Shown here piece by piece: positions 51,691 to 64,000 of a stretch of DNA of 64,000 nucleotides (within the stretch, counting starts at the first letter, position 1; each line of letters begins with the position of its first letter). The stretch lies in NCBI GenBank assembly GCA_013239625.1, contig MU054391.1, positions 5,539,824 through 5,603,823 on the forward strand. The letters are read 5' to 3'. Origin of the DNA: Lama guanicoe. Taxonomy: Eukaryota. The position numbers and the translations under genes are program-made. Under the pieces are notes generated by a model. That model saw nothing but the letters and a program-made list of their open reading frames with translations. It was not told the origin of the DNA and did no database searches.

Positions 51691-53369
51691 TGTCTGTGCT
51701 GCACACTCCTTGCCCTAAGGGGATGGCATTCACACTGTAGCTGATGTGAATGGTGTCCTCAGAGTTGGCCAGTGGACAATCTCCCAGCTGACCCTGCAGG
51801 GAGCCAAGAGGTCAGGGCCTAGGATCCAGAACAATGAGATCTACTTATCAAAACATCTTAGAAACTAGACAACAGAAAGAAGTACTCGTCCTTCCATGCT
51901 GTTCATTATGCATGAAAACCAGGGAGAACTGCCTGTCCAGTGGTGCCTCTCTCCAGAGTGGGAGCTCCCTGACCTGCATGGTCACTGTGCAGTCCTGGGC
52001 TTGGCTTCTGAGGGACTGATCACACTGAAAAGCCTGAACGTAACAGACTTGCCCAGAGCAAACATTACCATTTATTTCCTGGCTCACTCGGAAGCAGAAC
52101 AGATCAGACAAGTAAGTCGGTGCCGAGTTACAACTCTGGCTTATTGTTGGTATCACATACATCCCTCGATATTTCATCACTATGACTATCTGGTTATGCA
52201 ATGATTTATTTACATTCTGCCTTGTTCTAGAAATAATTTCAGAGCAGATATCCATTAAAAACTCCAGTTAGGGACAAAGATGTGAATTTTAAATAAACAA
52301 GAGACTGCGGTTGTCATCTAGGCCGGTGCTGTTTTCAAGCCTTTTTTCAGTTGCATTGTTTTTAGCTACAGCACTCTAATGTCCAAAAGAAATCTTAGGC
52401 AGAAACTTAATGCATAAAACAGATCAACGCAGAGCATTTGGGTTTGGAGTACTCCTGAACCATCTTTGTAGACTCCCTGTGCCTTTCTGAAGTCTACAGA
52501 AAGAGGGTCATGATTTTCTCAAAGTTAATAGCAGGAATGACAGCCCAGGACTATCTCCAGTCCATGACTCTGTTGCCTAAACCGGGGTAACTCTTTAGAC
52601 AACGCCTGAAATGGGCCCTAGTTGAGACAGGCTAGTTTTTTATTGCCATCTGACAGATGAGTGTGCAATTCAACAGTTAGTAGTACCAGGATCAGCCAGC
52701 CAGCACAATATACACAAAAAGAACTGCTGGAAGGTCAGTCATTCTCCAGTTGTCACCTCCAACGCCTCAGTAACAGGACACTCAAGGTGAGCACTTGCTG
52801 CAAAATTCAAATAAGTGAGACATCTGTTCTGGGAGATCAGGAGGGTACAGTGCTCTCTCAACATGAAGAGCTCTCAGCTCCTGCAGAGGTGGAGGGATGC
52901 TTGCCATTGAGAGTCTTCTTAAGAGGAGAAAGGCAGGAAGGGCAGCCTTATTTGGGTTTGTAGTCTCTCTTATTCTGGTTTAACTTGCAAAGTACTAAGG
53001 AAAAGTGATTCATATCCTCATTTCTACCTAGGAAGCAGTATCTTGCCAGAGCCATCAGGAACCTTCTTCACTTTAAATAATTTAGCAATGGTTTTCCTCT
53101 AGCTTTACTTCAATGAAAAGATTTTGAAGGATGAATAGGAGTCTGCTAGGCAGAAAAGGAAAGGAAGGACGTTCTAGACTAAGGGAACAGCATTTATAAA
53201 GATCCATAAGCATGACCCTTGATATGCTGCACCATGGGTTTCTTGCCAGAAAAGCTGAACCTGAATCTTGTAAAGCCTCTTGAACTAACCTCCACTTACA
53301 GGAGCTATGGAGGAGGGTAGAGGAACTAACTTGCTACATAAACCACAGGACGTAAGATGAGATATTGAA

Positions 53370-54210
53370 ATAGGCACATGAAAAGATGCTCAGCATCGTT
53401 AATCATTAGAGAAATGCAAATTATAACCACAACATATCACCTCACACCTGTCTGGCTATCATCAAAAAGACCACAAATAACAAATGCTGGCAAAGGTGCA
53501 GAGAAAAGGGAACCGTTGTACACTGTTGGTGGGAATGTAAATTGGTGCAGACACTGTGGAAACAGTATGGCATTTTTTAAAAAAAACTAAAAATAGAAGT
53601 GTATGACCCAGCAATTCTACTCCTGGGTATATATCAGAAAAAGAATGAAAACACTAGTTTGAAAAAATAAATGCACCCCAATGTTCACAGCAGCATTATT
53701 TACAGTTGCCAAGATATGGAAGTAGCCTAAGTGTCCATCAAAGATGAATGGATAAAGACGATGCAGAGTATATACACACAGTGGAATACTACTCAGCCAT
53801 AAAAAGAATGAAATCTGGCCATTTGCAACAACATAGGTGAACTTGGAAGGTATTATGTGAAGCGAAGTAAGTCAAGACAAATACTGTGTGATACCACTTA
53901 TATGTGGACTATAAAAGGAAAACAAACTAGTGAATATAACAAAAAGGAGACAGACTCATACGTAGAGAACAAACTAGTGATTACCAGTGGGGAGAGGAAG
54001 GAGGGGAGGGGCAAGATAGGGGCAGGGGATTAAGAGGCACAAAGTATTATGCATAAAATAAGCTACAAGGATATACTGTACAACACAGGGTATATAGTGA
54101 ACATTTTATAACTATAAATGGAGTATAACCTTTAAAAATTGTGAGTCACTATGTTGTACACTGTAACCTACATAATATTGTTCATCAGCTATATCTCAAC
54201 AGAAAAAAAA
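53370..54210 (+). mobile_element. LINE-1 ORF2 end + 3' UTR
   Basis: CACATGAAAAGATGCTCAGCATC...; translated [15 protein letters not shown] resembles the L1 ORF2 C-terminus; poly-A end. Confidence 0.9.
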
Positions 54211-56204
54211 GAGATATAGATGAGGGTAGAGGAACTAGTAAATAAAACCACAGGAAACAAGAGACAAATCCAAAATGGGGACTTCCTAGTGGAACCTACC
54301 TGGCTCTGCAAGAAGGCAATGCCCCCACCCCCCAAAAGAGGAGGATGTTCTAGATTACGAGACATGAGACCCTGCAAACAAATGCAACATGCGGACCTTT
54401 TCTGAATCTGGATTCTGACAAATCATTAAAAAAATATTTTTGAGACAACCGGGGAAATGTAAATATGAACTGAATAGTAAATGATGCCAGAGAATGAATG
54501 TAATTTTGTTAGCTGTGCTAATGATTGTTATTATGAAAGGAAATGCCATATATCTTAGTGCTGTGCACTGAATCTGATATAGTGAAAAGACATAATGCTT
54601 GTTATTTGCTTGAAAATACTTAGCGGAGAAGTAAATTATTTCCCGACAACGAATTAATGCAAAATGATATAGCAGCACAAAACAACAAGGCGCACTTGGG
54701 AGACACCTGTCAGGTTCCTACTAATGCCAGATTCAGGCCCCTGTCTGATCTGTTCACCTGGCATAATGCCTGGGATATCATCATCAAATATTTATTGCAT
54801 GCGGGGAGGATAAATTATCTCCTCTAATCCTCTAACAATCTTTTGAAGCATCATCCTTACTTTATTTATTTTGAAGCATTACCCCCAAGGTCACAAAGCT
54901 ACAAAGTGGTGGAGGCAAGATTCAGATCCAGAGCCATCTGACTTCACTTGCCTTCATAACGAACACCTATAGGAGTCTGGCGTCACTTCAGGAGCTCTCT
55001 GCTCATTGGCAAGTGGTATCAAAGAATCCTAGACAACATGTGATATTTGGATCACTCTAATTTCTCCACACGTTGCCACGCTGCACTCTTCTCTGACCCC
55101 AAACGTGCACACACTGCACAAATTTCATTTCCTATGGAATTTAAGCTGCTACATGTAACAGGTGCTGTGTTTTGGTGTTTGGTGTTTCATAGGTTCATCA
55201 TTCATGTCTCCCCAGACTACAAGCTTGGGCAGTGACGCCAGCTCTTTTATGTCTTCAAATCCTTTGTTGCCAAAGGATTGGAAATACACTATGTCAGCAA
55301 CAAAGACTAGAATCACTTCCCTATCCTTTTCACTATTTGATCTATTAGAAATTTAAGCCAAATTTTGCAGAACTAACTTCAAGGTATGTCACCCTGTAAG
55401 AAACACTCATGGTCTGGCCTGAAATAGCTTCGATTCTTTTTCTCCAGCCCTGTACCTTAAAACTTAAAAGCAAACGAAATGTCAACTCAATACAATACTA
55501 AATGCTTACATATTATTTTTCTATTTTATCTTTAAGAGGGAGAGAAAGCTCATTCCTACTTTGTTTGCCTTGAACCAACAATTTAGGAACTGAGGGAATA
55601 CTGAGTGAGAACAGTTGGAACCCAAGTGCTCTACCTCCCGGCAGGCCTCTGGTTTGACCCTGGTGGCCCACAGAGCCATTAGTCAGTGCACACGTGCCCC
55701 AACAAGTTCCTGGGCCTCCCGCCCATCACTGAGATACATCCTTGGCTTCCTTCCTGAAGCTTTAGGCCAATCTCCCAGCACTGATCTCCAATTAATACTG
55801 GATGTAGACTTCTAACCTCCTATCACCAGCCAGACAGATCCTCCTTACCTAAGACCTTACAGATCAGTTCTAACTCACCCCGGTGGCATCTTGTCAAATC
55901 ACGGAATCTGCTTGCTCAGGATTGGAGTAGAACTTTATTTTTTACTTCAATACAAAATCATTAACACGGGCAACAACTGAAGGGGCTGAGGCAGAATGAA
56001 CCAGAGAGCCTCCCACGCTCTTCTGCGTATACGATCAGTTTCAGTTGCTGAGGGAAGTCCCTCCCATTCGTTAACATCAGGTGGGCACAAATCTCAACAG
56101 TGTGCTGCTCAATTCAGAATCCTTCAACTGACCTATTTTTACTCACCTGCTGTGAAAATCGCCTGATCTTTACTTTGGCCTTAATTGCTCCTGCTTTCTT
56201 AAGA

Positions 56205-56362
56205 CAGTGGTCTCCTAAGTACCAGGTTCTGGCCACAAGCATCTGCATCACCTGGGAACTTATTAGAAATGTATGTTATCTATAAACTCTACCCCAGACC
56301 TACTGAATCAAAAGCTGTATTTTAGCAGACCCTCCAGGTGATCACATGCATGAAGTTTGATA
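56205..56362. mobile_element. MER5A-like hAT DNA transposon
   Basis: CAGTGGTCTC...GCATCACCTGGGAACTTATTAGAAATG...CCCCAGACCTACTGAATCA. Confidence 0.75.
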
Positions 56363-58576
56363 ATGATGGCCTTGTGGCACCACCAATTACTTACTAAAGT
56401 TTTAATTCTTGAGAAGCAAAGGCATTTCCTCTTGCTCCTTGTTCTCTTGATTTTTTTTCTTTACTTTTTCAGCAAATGACTTTTCCCCATTCTGTTCCAG
56501 CAGAGAATGTCAGAAGCAAAACCATTGCTTAATATATATTTTTTAACTTTGCATTACCAAGTTACACTATCATTTTTGTGTGTGTGTCTATGTCCTGGAA
56601 AATCTAGGGCAATAGATCTGCTCAAAGTGTGGTCACTTTTCTTATCCACAAGACTGGTTTCACTCTATAGAATTTTCCAGTTCCAAAATTAGACGATCCT
56701 TCTACTCTTTTCCCACCTGAGCAGTCCACATACATATATTCCACAAACATTTACACTTGGCAATCCCTTCACTCATTGGCTCACAGGCAAGACAGGTGTC
56801 CACCTTTTAAAGTAAGAAAACTATAAAGTGGCAAAGTTGCAAGTTCCAGTATCCAGCACAGTTCGTGGCTCATGACAGGTACTCATGTTAACAGCGAAGT
56901 GATGAATGAATGAACACGGAAGCTGGATCCCTTTCCACCAGGTCACATCGTCTCTCAGGTTAGGCAGTTGTGGGAAGAGCCAGGTCTAGCTCTGGAGAGT
57001 TAACAATCTTGTCCCATTTCCATTCCTAGCTCCCAAGTGGTGGTGCTGCCAGCAGTCTCAGGACACAGTAGCCTTCAGAAATCTTTGCAGGGACCCCTCC
57101 AAGGTTCTAAGTTCCAGAATGAGTGAAAGAACACCACCTGTTACGGAGAAAGGCCACAACGCAGGGCCTTGTGTAAAGACCCACAGGTCTAGGATGAAGA
57201 AGGAGTGCTCAGTACTAACTCTAGATGGGTTAAGAAACCTGGTAACATCAGCAGAAAACGAGAGACAAGTAGTCTGGTCTCCTTCAGGGGCCCGAGTTAT
57301 CCGTGTCAGAGAACGTGAAATGGAGCTCACAGGATGAGCGAGTGGCAGGGGTTTCTGCAATAAATGCAGACATACACACGTCCTCAGAAATGAGGCAAAC
57401 CTGAGCCTCATTATGTGGGCTTAACTCCCCTACATTTCTGTAGTGTTAAGAAAACCAGGCTGCACTCCAAGTTAAATTTTAGTCGGCCTTAAACAAACCT
57501 TTTCTTATTCTCAGCAATGTCATCTAGGAAACAAATTGTAAGCTGTCACAGGAGAAAAACATGATTTTTGTATATATAGACAAATTTCTGCTGATAATGA
57601 CCACAACAGGGCATTGTTGAATAGCCCAGGTGACAGGGATGTGGTCCTCAGTAGCACGTATCACAACCAAGAGCAAAGCAAATGCCCAAGTGAGACGGAG
57701 AACTAAGTCAGCTCTCCACGGCCCAGCATGTCAAACAAGTGAGTTCACACTGTATAATCTCATTTATCTGAATTAGCAAGGAAATTCCTAAATCTTTAGT
57801 TCAAATTACAGTAATTAAACAACTCTTAATAAACATTTCGGTAAGAACCTCAGATAGTCCTCAGAGAGCTGTATTTCAGCTCAAATAAAGAATTTAGGAG
57901 CCTAGAGTAGTAAGGCCTATTGTACTGACTTAAACTCAGGGCTCAACCCAATTTCAAACCCACTTAGTAATTCATATCCCATGAAAGCCCTTAATAAGCC
58001 TCTTCGCTAGCTGAGTAAATCCTAACTCCATCATGCTTCTGGGGTTTAAGTACTTTCTTGATACTCTTAGGCCAAGGCTGTGATATGTTGCAGAAATGGG
58101 TCTAAAGACAAAGCAAAGATAAAAGAATTAATCTTAACAAAATCCTTCCAGCAATGCGCAATTAAAGTCGCACTCTCAGAAGGGGGAGCTTCCCTTTCTT
58201 CTAAAGGCATCAAGGGACTCACTGCTCAGCACATTCTAAAGTAGAAAGTGTTGCCATTGTCACAATGCTGTAAGTGGAAGGGACCCAAAATGTCACCAAC
58301 AATGTCATTAAAAACTGATACAATTCACAACAGTAAAATCGTGAACAACTTGCAGGCCTAGGACATGAATTGCAAAGAAAACTTCGTGCTTTCAAACCCA
58401 ACTGAAATCAATTTTACATCACAACCCACTATTCACATAAACTGAAAATGATTTCACGAACTATTACCTTTATTAACATGCCATATATTTCTATTTAAAA
58501 AACACGGACTGGCTGTGACCCATTAGGTTTCCACTATCCACTAGTTGGTCATGAGTTAAAGTTTAAAAAAGCACTG

Positions 58577-59255
58577 ATCCATGGAGATTCCTTAAAAAAA
58601 CTGAAAATAGACAATCTATGATCCAGCAATCCCACTCCTGGGCATATGTCAGGAGGAAACTCTAATTTGAAAAGATTTGCACCTCAATGTTCATAGCAGC
58701 CCTATTTACAATAGCCAAGACATGGAAGCAACCTAAATGTCCACTGATGGATGACTGGATAAAGAACTTGTGGTACGTACACACAGACACACACACACAG
58801 ACACACACACACAGTGGAATACTACTCAGCCATAAAAAATAAAACAATGTCATTTTCAGCAATACGGATAGACCTGGAGCTCATCATACTAAGTGAAGCA
58901 AGCCAGAAAGAAAAATATTGCATCACTTATATGTAGAATCTTAAAAAAAAAAAAGACACAAATAGACTTATTTACAAAATAGAAACAGACTCACATAGAA
59001 AACAAACTTAAACTTATGATTACTGGGGGGAATAGGTGTGGGGAGGGATAAACTGGGAGTTCAGGATTTGCAGATACTAACTACTATATATATAAAATAA
59101 ACAAAGTCCTACTGTATAGCACATGGAACTATACGCAGTATCTTGTAATGGCCTATAATGAAAAAGCATATGACAAGGAATATATGTATGTGCAGAAATG
59201 AATCACTATATTGTACACCAGAAATTAACATTGTAAACTGACTATACTTCAATTT
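58577..59255 (+). mobile_element. 5'-truncated lineage-specific LINE-1 with TSD
   Basis: ATGATCCAGCAATCCCACTCCTGGGCATAT...; flanked by AAAAAAGCACTG at 58565-58576 and 59257-59268. Confidence 0.9.
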
Positions 59256-60504
59256 AAAAAAAGCACTGCTCTAATGTCACTGCTTTAATCTCAAAAAAAG
59301 GGCAACATAGCATAATAGCAGAATACCAACTTAAAAGTAGAAAACCCAGGTTTGAATCCTGGCATGACTACTTACTTAGCTATGAGACCCAAGTCCTAGG
59401 ACATGTCATTAGCTTCCTCACTTACAAATCAGGAGAAAATTTTACCTCAAAAATTTTATGAAAGTGAGTTGTATTTGTGAAAATGCTTACAAACAGGACC
59501 TGTGAAGACGGGTAAGTCAGGCCCCCAGTGTGCTGGCCCAAGATCGCGTGTAGATACCAGAGGGACACTTGGGCTAGGACCCTGGCCAGTGGTCTTTCCA
59601 CCACGTTGAAGCATTGAACGTATGATTAATATTGACGACACAAGGGCCTTCAGAGTGAAGCACACAAAATGAAGAATGTATTTGAACCGTAAAGCTGACA
59701 AACGCTTGATCATGAAAATTCGGTCCTTACTTCTGAAGATTAGTAGAGAGCTTACACCTTCTTACAAAACTACTAGAGAAGTATAAATTAAAGCCTTCAT
59801 TTTCTAAATCTGAGGCAAGAAGAAATAATTTTCATTGAAAATGCTTTTCAATTTAGCCAGTAGAGAATTACTGAGAATTTGGAGTTTTCATCTAGTTTTC
59901 CAGTCTAGTTTTTCTAGTTTCAGGCCAAACATGAGCCTGAGGGAAATGTCAGTTGAGGTTTTTGGACTTACTTCCATAACCATGCGTTAAGTCCAGCATG
60001 TCCTAATATTCCTTGAACTGCTTTTGAGGTTTTCCTCAAGGGAAAAACTGACAGATTAAGAGGTTAAGTCTAGGAAGAGTAAACAAACCGACCCTCCAAA
60101 TATGATAGAAAAATAGAAGATAAATAATTCTACTTATCTGCCATAGTAAAGAAGCTGAAGCACCCACCCGCAGCTGGCAGTAGTGGCACAGAAATGAATT
60201 TGGTATGGCAGCTGATTTCAAACTATAGGTCTGCCACTTAACACATTTCGGACAAATAACTTCATTTTTTATCTAATCAGATGTCCTATCAGCCAAGAGG
60301 AAACATGCTTAGCAGGGCAGTTGGGAAGATCAAATATGAATGTGTGTGCACATGACCGGGCACCAGCATGAATTCAGTCAATGCTGGTTCCCTGTAACTA
60401 AAACACAAGGGCCAGACCATTTATGGACATGCTCAAGGTGTTTTATAACTGAAGATGGCTGAGTCGCCAGCTTTTCCCCAGGGTATTATTACCTACTCCC
60501 TTTA

Positions 60505-61956
60505 TTTATTTATTTATTTATTTATTTTTTTCGTTTAAACTCTCATTTTTACTCCTTTTACAGACTTGGCATCATTTATATCCAGGCCCCAGTTACCTGA
60601 CCCCGTCAATTCCACCTGCAGCTCCGGTTACAGGGGCCGATTTTCGTCCCTTCCAAGGGAGTTCTGGACTGATTCGGCAGTCACAAGGGCCACTGAGTTC
60701 CTGCTCCTCTGAGCACAGGAGAGGAGGAGGGGGCCAATGAAGAGCCCCACGCCCCCGACGCCCACTCCCTCCTCACTGCTCCCTGCCCCACACCAGCAAC
60801 TTCCAGGGAGCACTCTGGCCTCACAAGAAGCTGGAGCCCAGACCTGGCCACCCCTTCCCTGGGCCCGAAGTCTCTTTCGCCCGCCCGCCTGAACCCTCCC
60901 GCCAAGTCGGCGAGGGGCGCGCGGCCAGGGTCCACTTGCCGCCAGGGGCCCGAGCCTGCTCGGGTCGGGGTGGGGGTCGGACGGCGAGGCCACGGCCCTC
61001 ACGCCAGGCCGGCCCGCTCCAGGTCCTGGGGCAGGATCCGGCCCTTCTTGCGGGCCTTCTCCAGGCGCCGCTCCGCCTTGGCCGCCTTCTTCCTGCGCAG
61101 GTTCTGCCGCCGCCGGTCCTGCCGCTGCTGCATCTGCTCCACCACGTGCGCCGTGCGCTTCTCCCACGTGCGCCTGCGCCGCGCGCGCCGCCGCTCCTTG
61201 CGCCGCAGGGCGTCCTGCAGCCGCTGCTCGTCGTCGCGGATGCGCACGCCCTCCGCCTTGTACAGCAGGTTGGTCCACCGCATCCTGGCCTCGAGCTCCC
61301 GCGCCCTGCCCGCGTCCCGCTCCCGAGGCCGCGGCCGCCTTCTCCTTCGCTCTCAGCTCCTTGCGCTTCCTCTTCTTCCGGTCCCGCTCCTGCTTCCTCC
61401 GTCGTCGTTTCTCCAAAGCGGCGGCAGACAGCTCCTCGGCGCCGCCCTGGCCCCGGGCCTCCTGTATCTTCTCGCGCAGGCGCTGCCGCAGAACGTCCAA
61501 GGCGAACAAATACTCAGGCTCTTTGGCTGGGCCATCGGCAGGTGCCCCGGGGGAGCTGGGGGCCTCTTCCTCCTCCAGGGCTGCCGCAGGCTTCCTGGCC
61601 TGAGGCTTCTCTGCAGGGGCGTGAACCTTGGGCTCTGCAGCCTTCTCATCCCGCTCCCGGGATTTCTTCTGGGCTTTCTTCCTCTTCTTCTTTGGGGGCC
61701 CACCAGCTTCTGAGACTCGAGCTTTGCCAGCCGACTTGCGCTTCTGCGAATCGGGGCTGGGCTGGGAGCAGATCTTCCTGGCCAGGCTCTGCAAGTACGC
61801 ATCCTTCGCGAGCAGAGAAGCCATGGCCGAAGCCTCGGGGGTCGGGCGGGGCTCGCTCGGGGTCCTACTCCGGGGAAGGAGGGTTGGGATGTGGGGTCCG
61901 ATGCCCGCACCGGCCGCCCCTCGACACACACACCGGCCCCAACTTGCGCGATTCTC
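60505..61956 (-). pseudogene. SURF6: Processed SURF6 retrocopy (ATG 61824, native stop 60999-61001, internal deletion/frameshift near 61326)
   Basis: MASLLAKDAYLQSLARKIC... and ...WTNLLYKAEGVRIRDD...GRILPQDLERAGLA match recalled SURF6; intronless; A-tail 60505-60531; identical flanks TACCTACTCCCTTTA at 60490-60504 and 61957-61971. Confidence 0.93.
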
Positions 61957-64000
61957 TACCTACTCCCTTTAAAGCATAAAGTCTGAAGGCAACTGTAAAT
62001 GAAACATGACTAAGCAGTCAACAGCAAGTGTGCTGCAAACTGGATTTCATAATGGTCTGATTCACGTCAAGTACTACAGGTTCCTTAAGCATCAGATGAA
62101 TGGATCAAAAAACATTATTCTGGCAGGCGGTTTATCCTGGTACTCAGCTGTACTGTCCTCAAAATTCAGACATGATATATATGATATACATACATGGTAA
62201 CTCTCCTCTTGCAAAGTTGATCATATACAATTTGTAAGAGGAAGGATGATAGATAAATGGCAGAATAAAACGTAATTGCCTTAATCAGTTTAAAGTCCTC
62301 CCAGTCACAAAGAATGAAGTTGTTTTAGAATGTATCAAATGACAGTTATTTATAATCAGTCCAAATAAAATCAGTCTTATAATTTAACAAAAACTGTCAC
62401 ATGTTTGTGCCTAACACAGGCCCTCAAATATTGTTGAATGTTAGGCTCAATTCCATTAAAAATAAAATTCTGTCCATTTAAATATCAGTGACTAGAATTC
62501 ATGATCTTCTCGAAATATTTTACTCTTCTATTTGAATTTTTATACTTTATATGGGCATCCTAGTGTTTTTCTTGAGTTTTAAATAACAAGTCTCTACTGA
62601 TAAATATTTATAGACATGAGTGTATTCTACCAATCCCGTCCAAAAAATGTACTGCACTTTCCCAATCTAAGATCAAATAACCATAGCTGAATGTACTTTA
62701 TGTTGGAAGAGAAATCCCTAATATTTCTATTTCGGATAATCAGTGTTAGAAGACAACCCCTGCCCCAAATTAAGTTATTAAAGCCTAAATGACATTTTAG
62801 AGGGAAAACTGCCAATTAAAAAGTTCTAAGTACAAAATAGGTATAAAATTTAGAATTTCTGAACTATCTTGGAAAGTAATTATAAAAATTAGAAAGCTCA
62901 AACCTGGCTTTAAACCCTCTCTTCACCCTGAAATTTTATTTACTCACCCCTTCCCCCTGAGGAAAGATGTCCTCTCCTACTGAGCTCTTAGCGGTGTTCC
63001 ATAAATATCCTCACATCTAGTGCAAGGAGCCCCCCCACCCCCGCCCCCAATCAGATGGTCAAAAGGCGACACCACAGGCTGGGCCCGTTTTTAAAGATGC
63101 TGACTTCTCCTAAAGCAAGGAGATGATTTGGGACAAATCTGCTCTTTAAGAAGGCTACTTTGCTAACTCACCAAGTGCTGTAGTGACTCAGTACTAAAAA
63201 CTTTATTGCTAAGATGTGATTTTTTTCCTCCTAATTCACAATGTTCTTCCTATGTTTACTGAAATTTTTACCTAAAAAGCAGTTATCTCACTGATTTAGA
63301 TTTTTGGGGACCAAAGTCCTATTAACCTTGTTTAAATGGGTATTTCCCCAAGCCCCTTTAAGTTCTCTGTCTTTTCATTTTCTCTAAGAAAAACCAAGTG
63401 CAAATGAAACCTTATTTCACGGTCACATTTTAGGAGAAAAAGGATAATCCTACACAGATTAACTTTTCAGATTTTCTACTTCAAAATAAATTCTCAGGTT
63501 AATACTTAAGACAGGCTAGTGTAATAGCCATTGTGGTATTATGAAACCAAAATTATTTGAAACTCATCAATGACACAACTGTTGACAAAGAGAATTATTT
63601 GAAAACTAAACAAGGTATCTTGAACTCTGACATTCTATCTGAATATACATAGAAGTGTAATTCTAATGCCAAAGCACTCACAATCACATAATTTTAACTT
63701 TCCTAGTTTTAAAAAGTCTACTTTATTCCATGTAACAGGTAACTAGTATCATTTACCTCTGGAGAAGAGATGGTCCACAAAACTGATCTACTTGGTCAAA
63801 CACTAACTCTTAAGAAACACAGTCCAATTTTATACATGTCCAGGCATCCCTAGACAGGTGTATCACAATGCAGGAAAATGGGCACCACTGCTCTATTTTA
63901 CATGAGATAAAAGGGAAGTAGCAATAAATTTCAGAAAGTAGTAAAATTCGCCTGTTTCTTAAAATGAGTATGCAATGGTTACAAAGCCATAGTAAATGGT

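Noticed and set aside
46500..60400. Possible further gene (e.g. the syntenic neighbour YWHAQ) in the upstream interval
   Set aside because: No ORF or exon chain with recognisable protein similarity; short ORFs map to repeats or look random. YWHAQ probably lies beyond the window.
60936..61979. 347-aa and 247-aa + strand ORFs
   Set aside because: Antisense shadows of the GC-rich SURF6 coding sequence, where stop codons are scarce.

Overview
Mammalian genomic DNA, probably camelid, judged from eight copies of a Vic-1-like tRNA-derived SINE. It holds the last two coding exons of IAH1 (+, 292-1652) and the complete 19-exon ADAM17/TACE gene (-, ATG 45560, stop 3355, polyA signal 1867-1872), arranged tail-to-tail. 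The ADAM17 CpG-island promoter (~45.3-46.4 kb) is followed by a repeat-rich intergenic stretch and a young processed SURF6 retrocopy (-, 60505-61956) with perfect target-site duplications and one internal frameshifting deletion. Main anomalies: a 30-bp duplication plus missing GT donor in ADAM17 exon 12 (probably an assembly artefact), a 93-nt near-perfect hairpin in intron 2, an AUG-UGA start-stop in the 5' UTR, a SINE 15 nt from the catalytic exon's donor, and a strong GC gradient across the gene. I found no convincing evidence of a wholly new biological system. Human/mouse comparisons and repeat family names are from memory, not from database searches; repeat boundaries are approximate.
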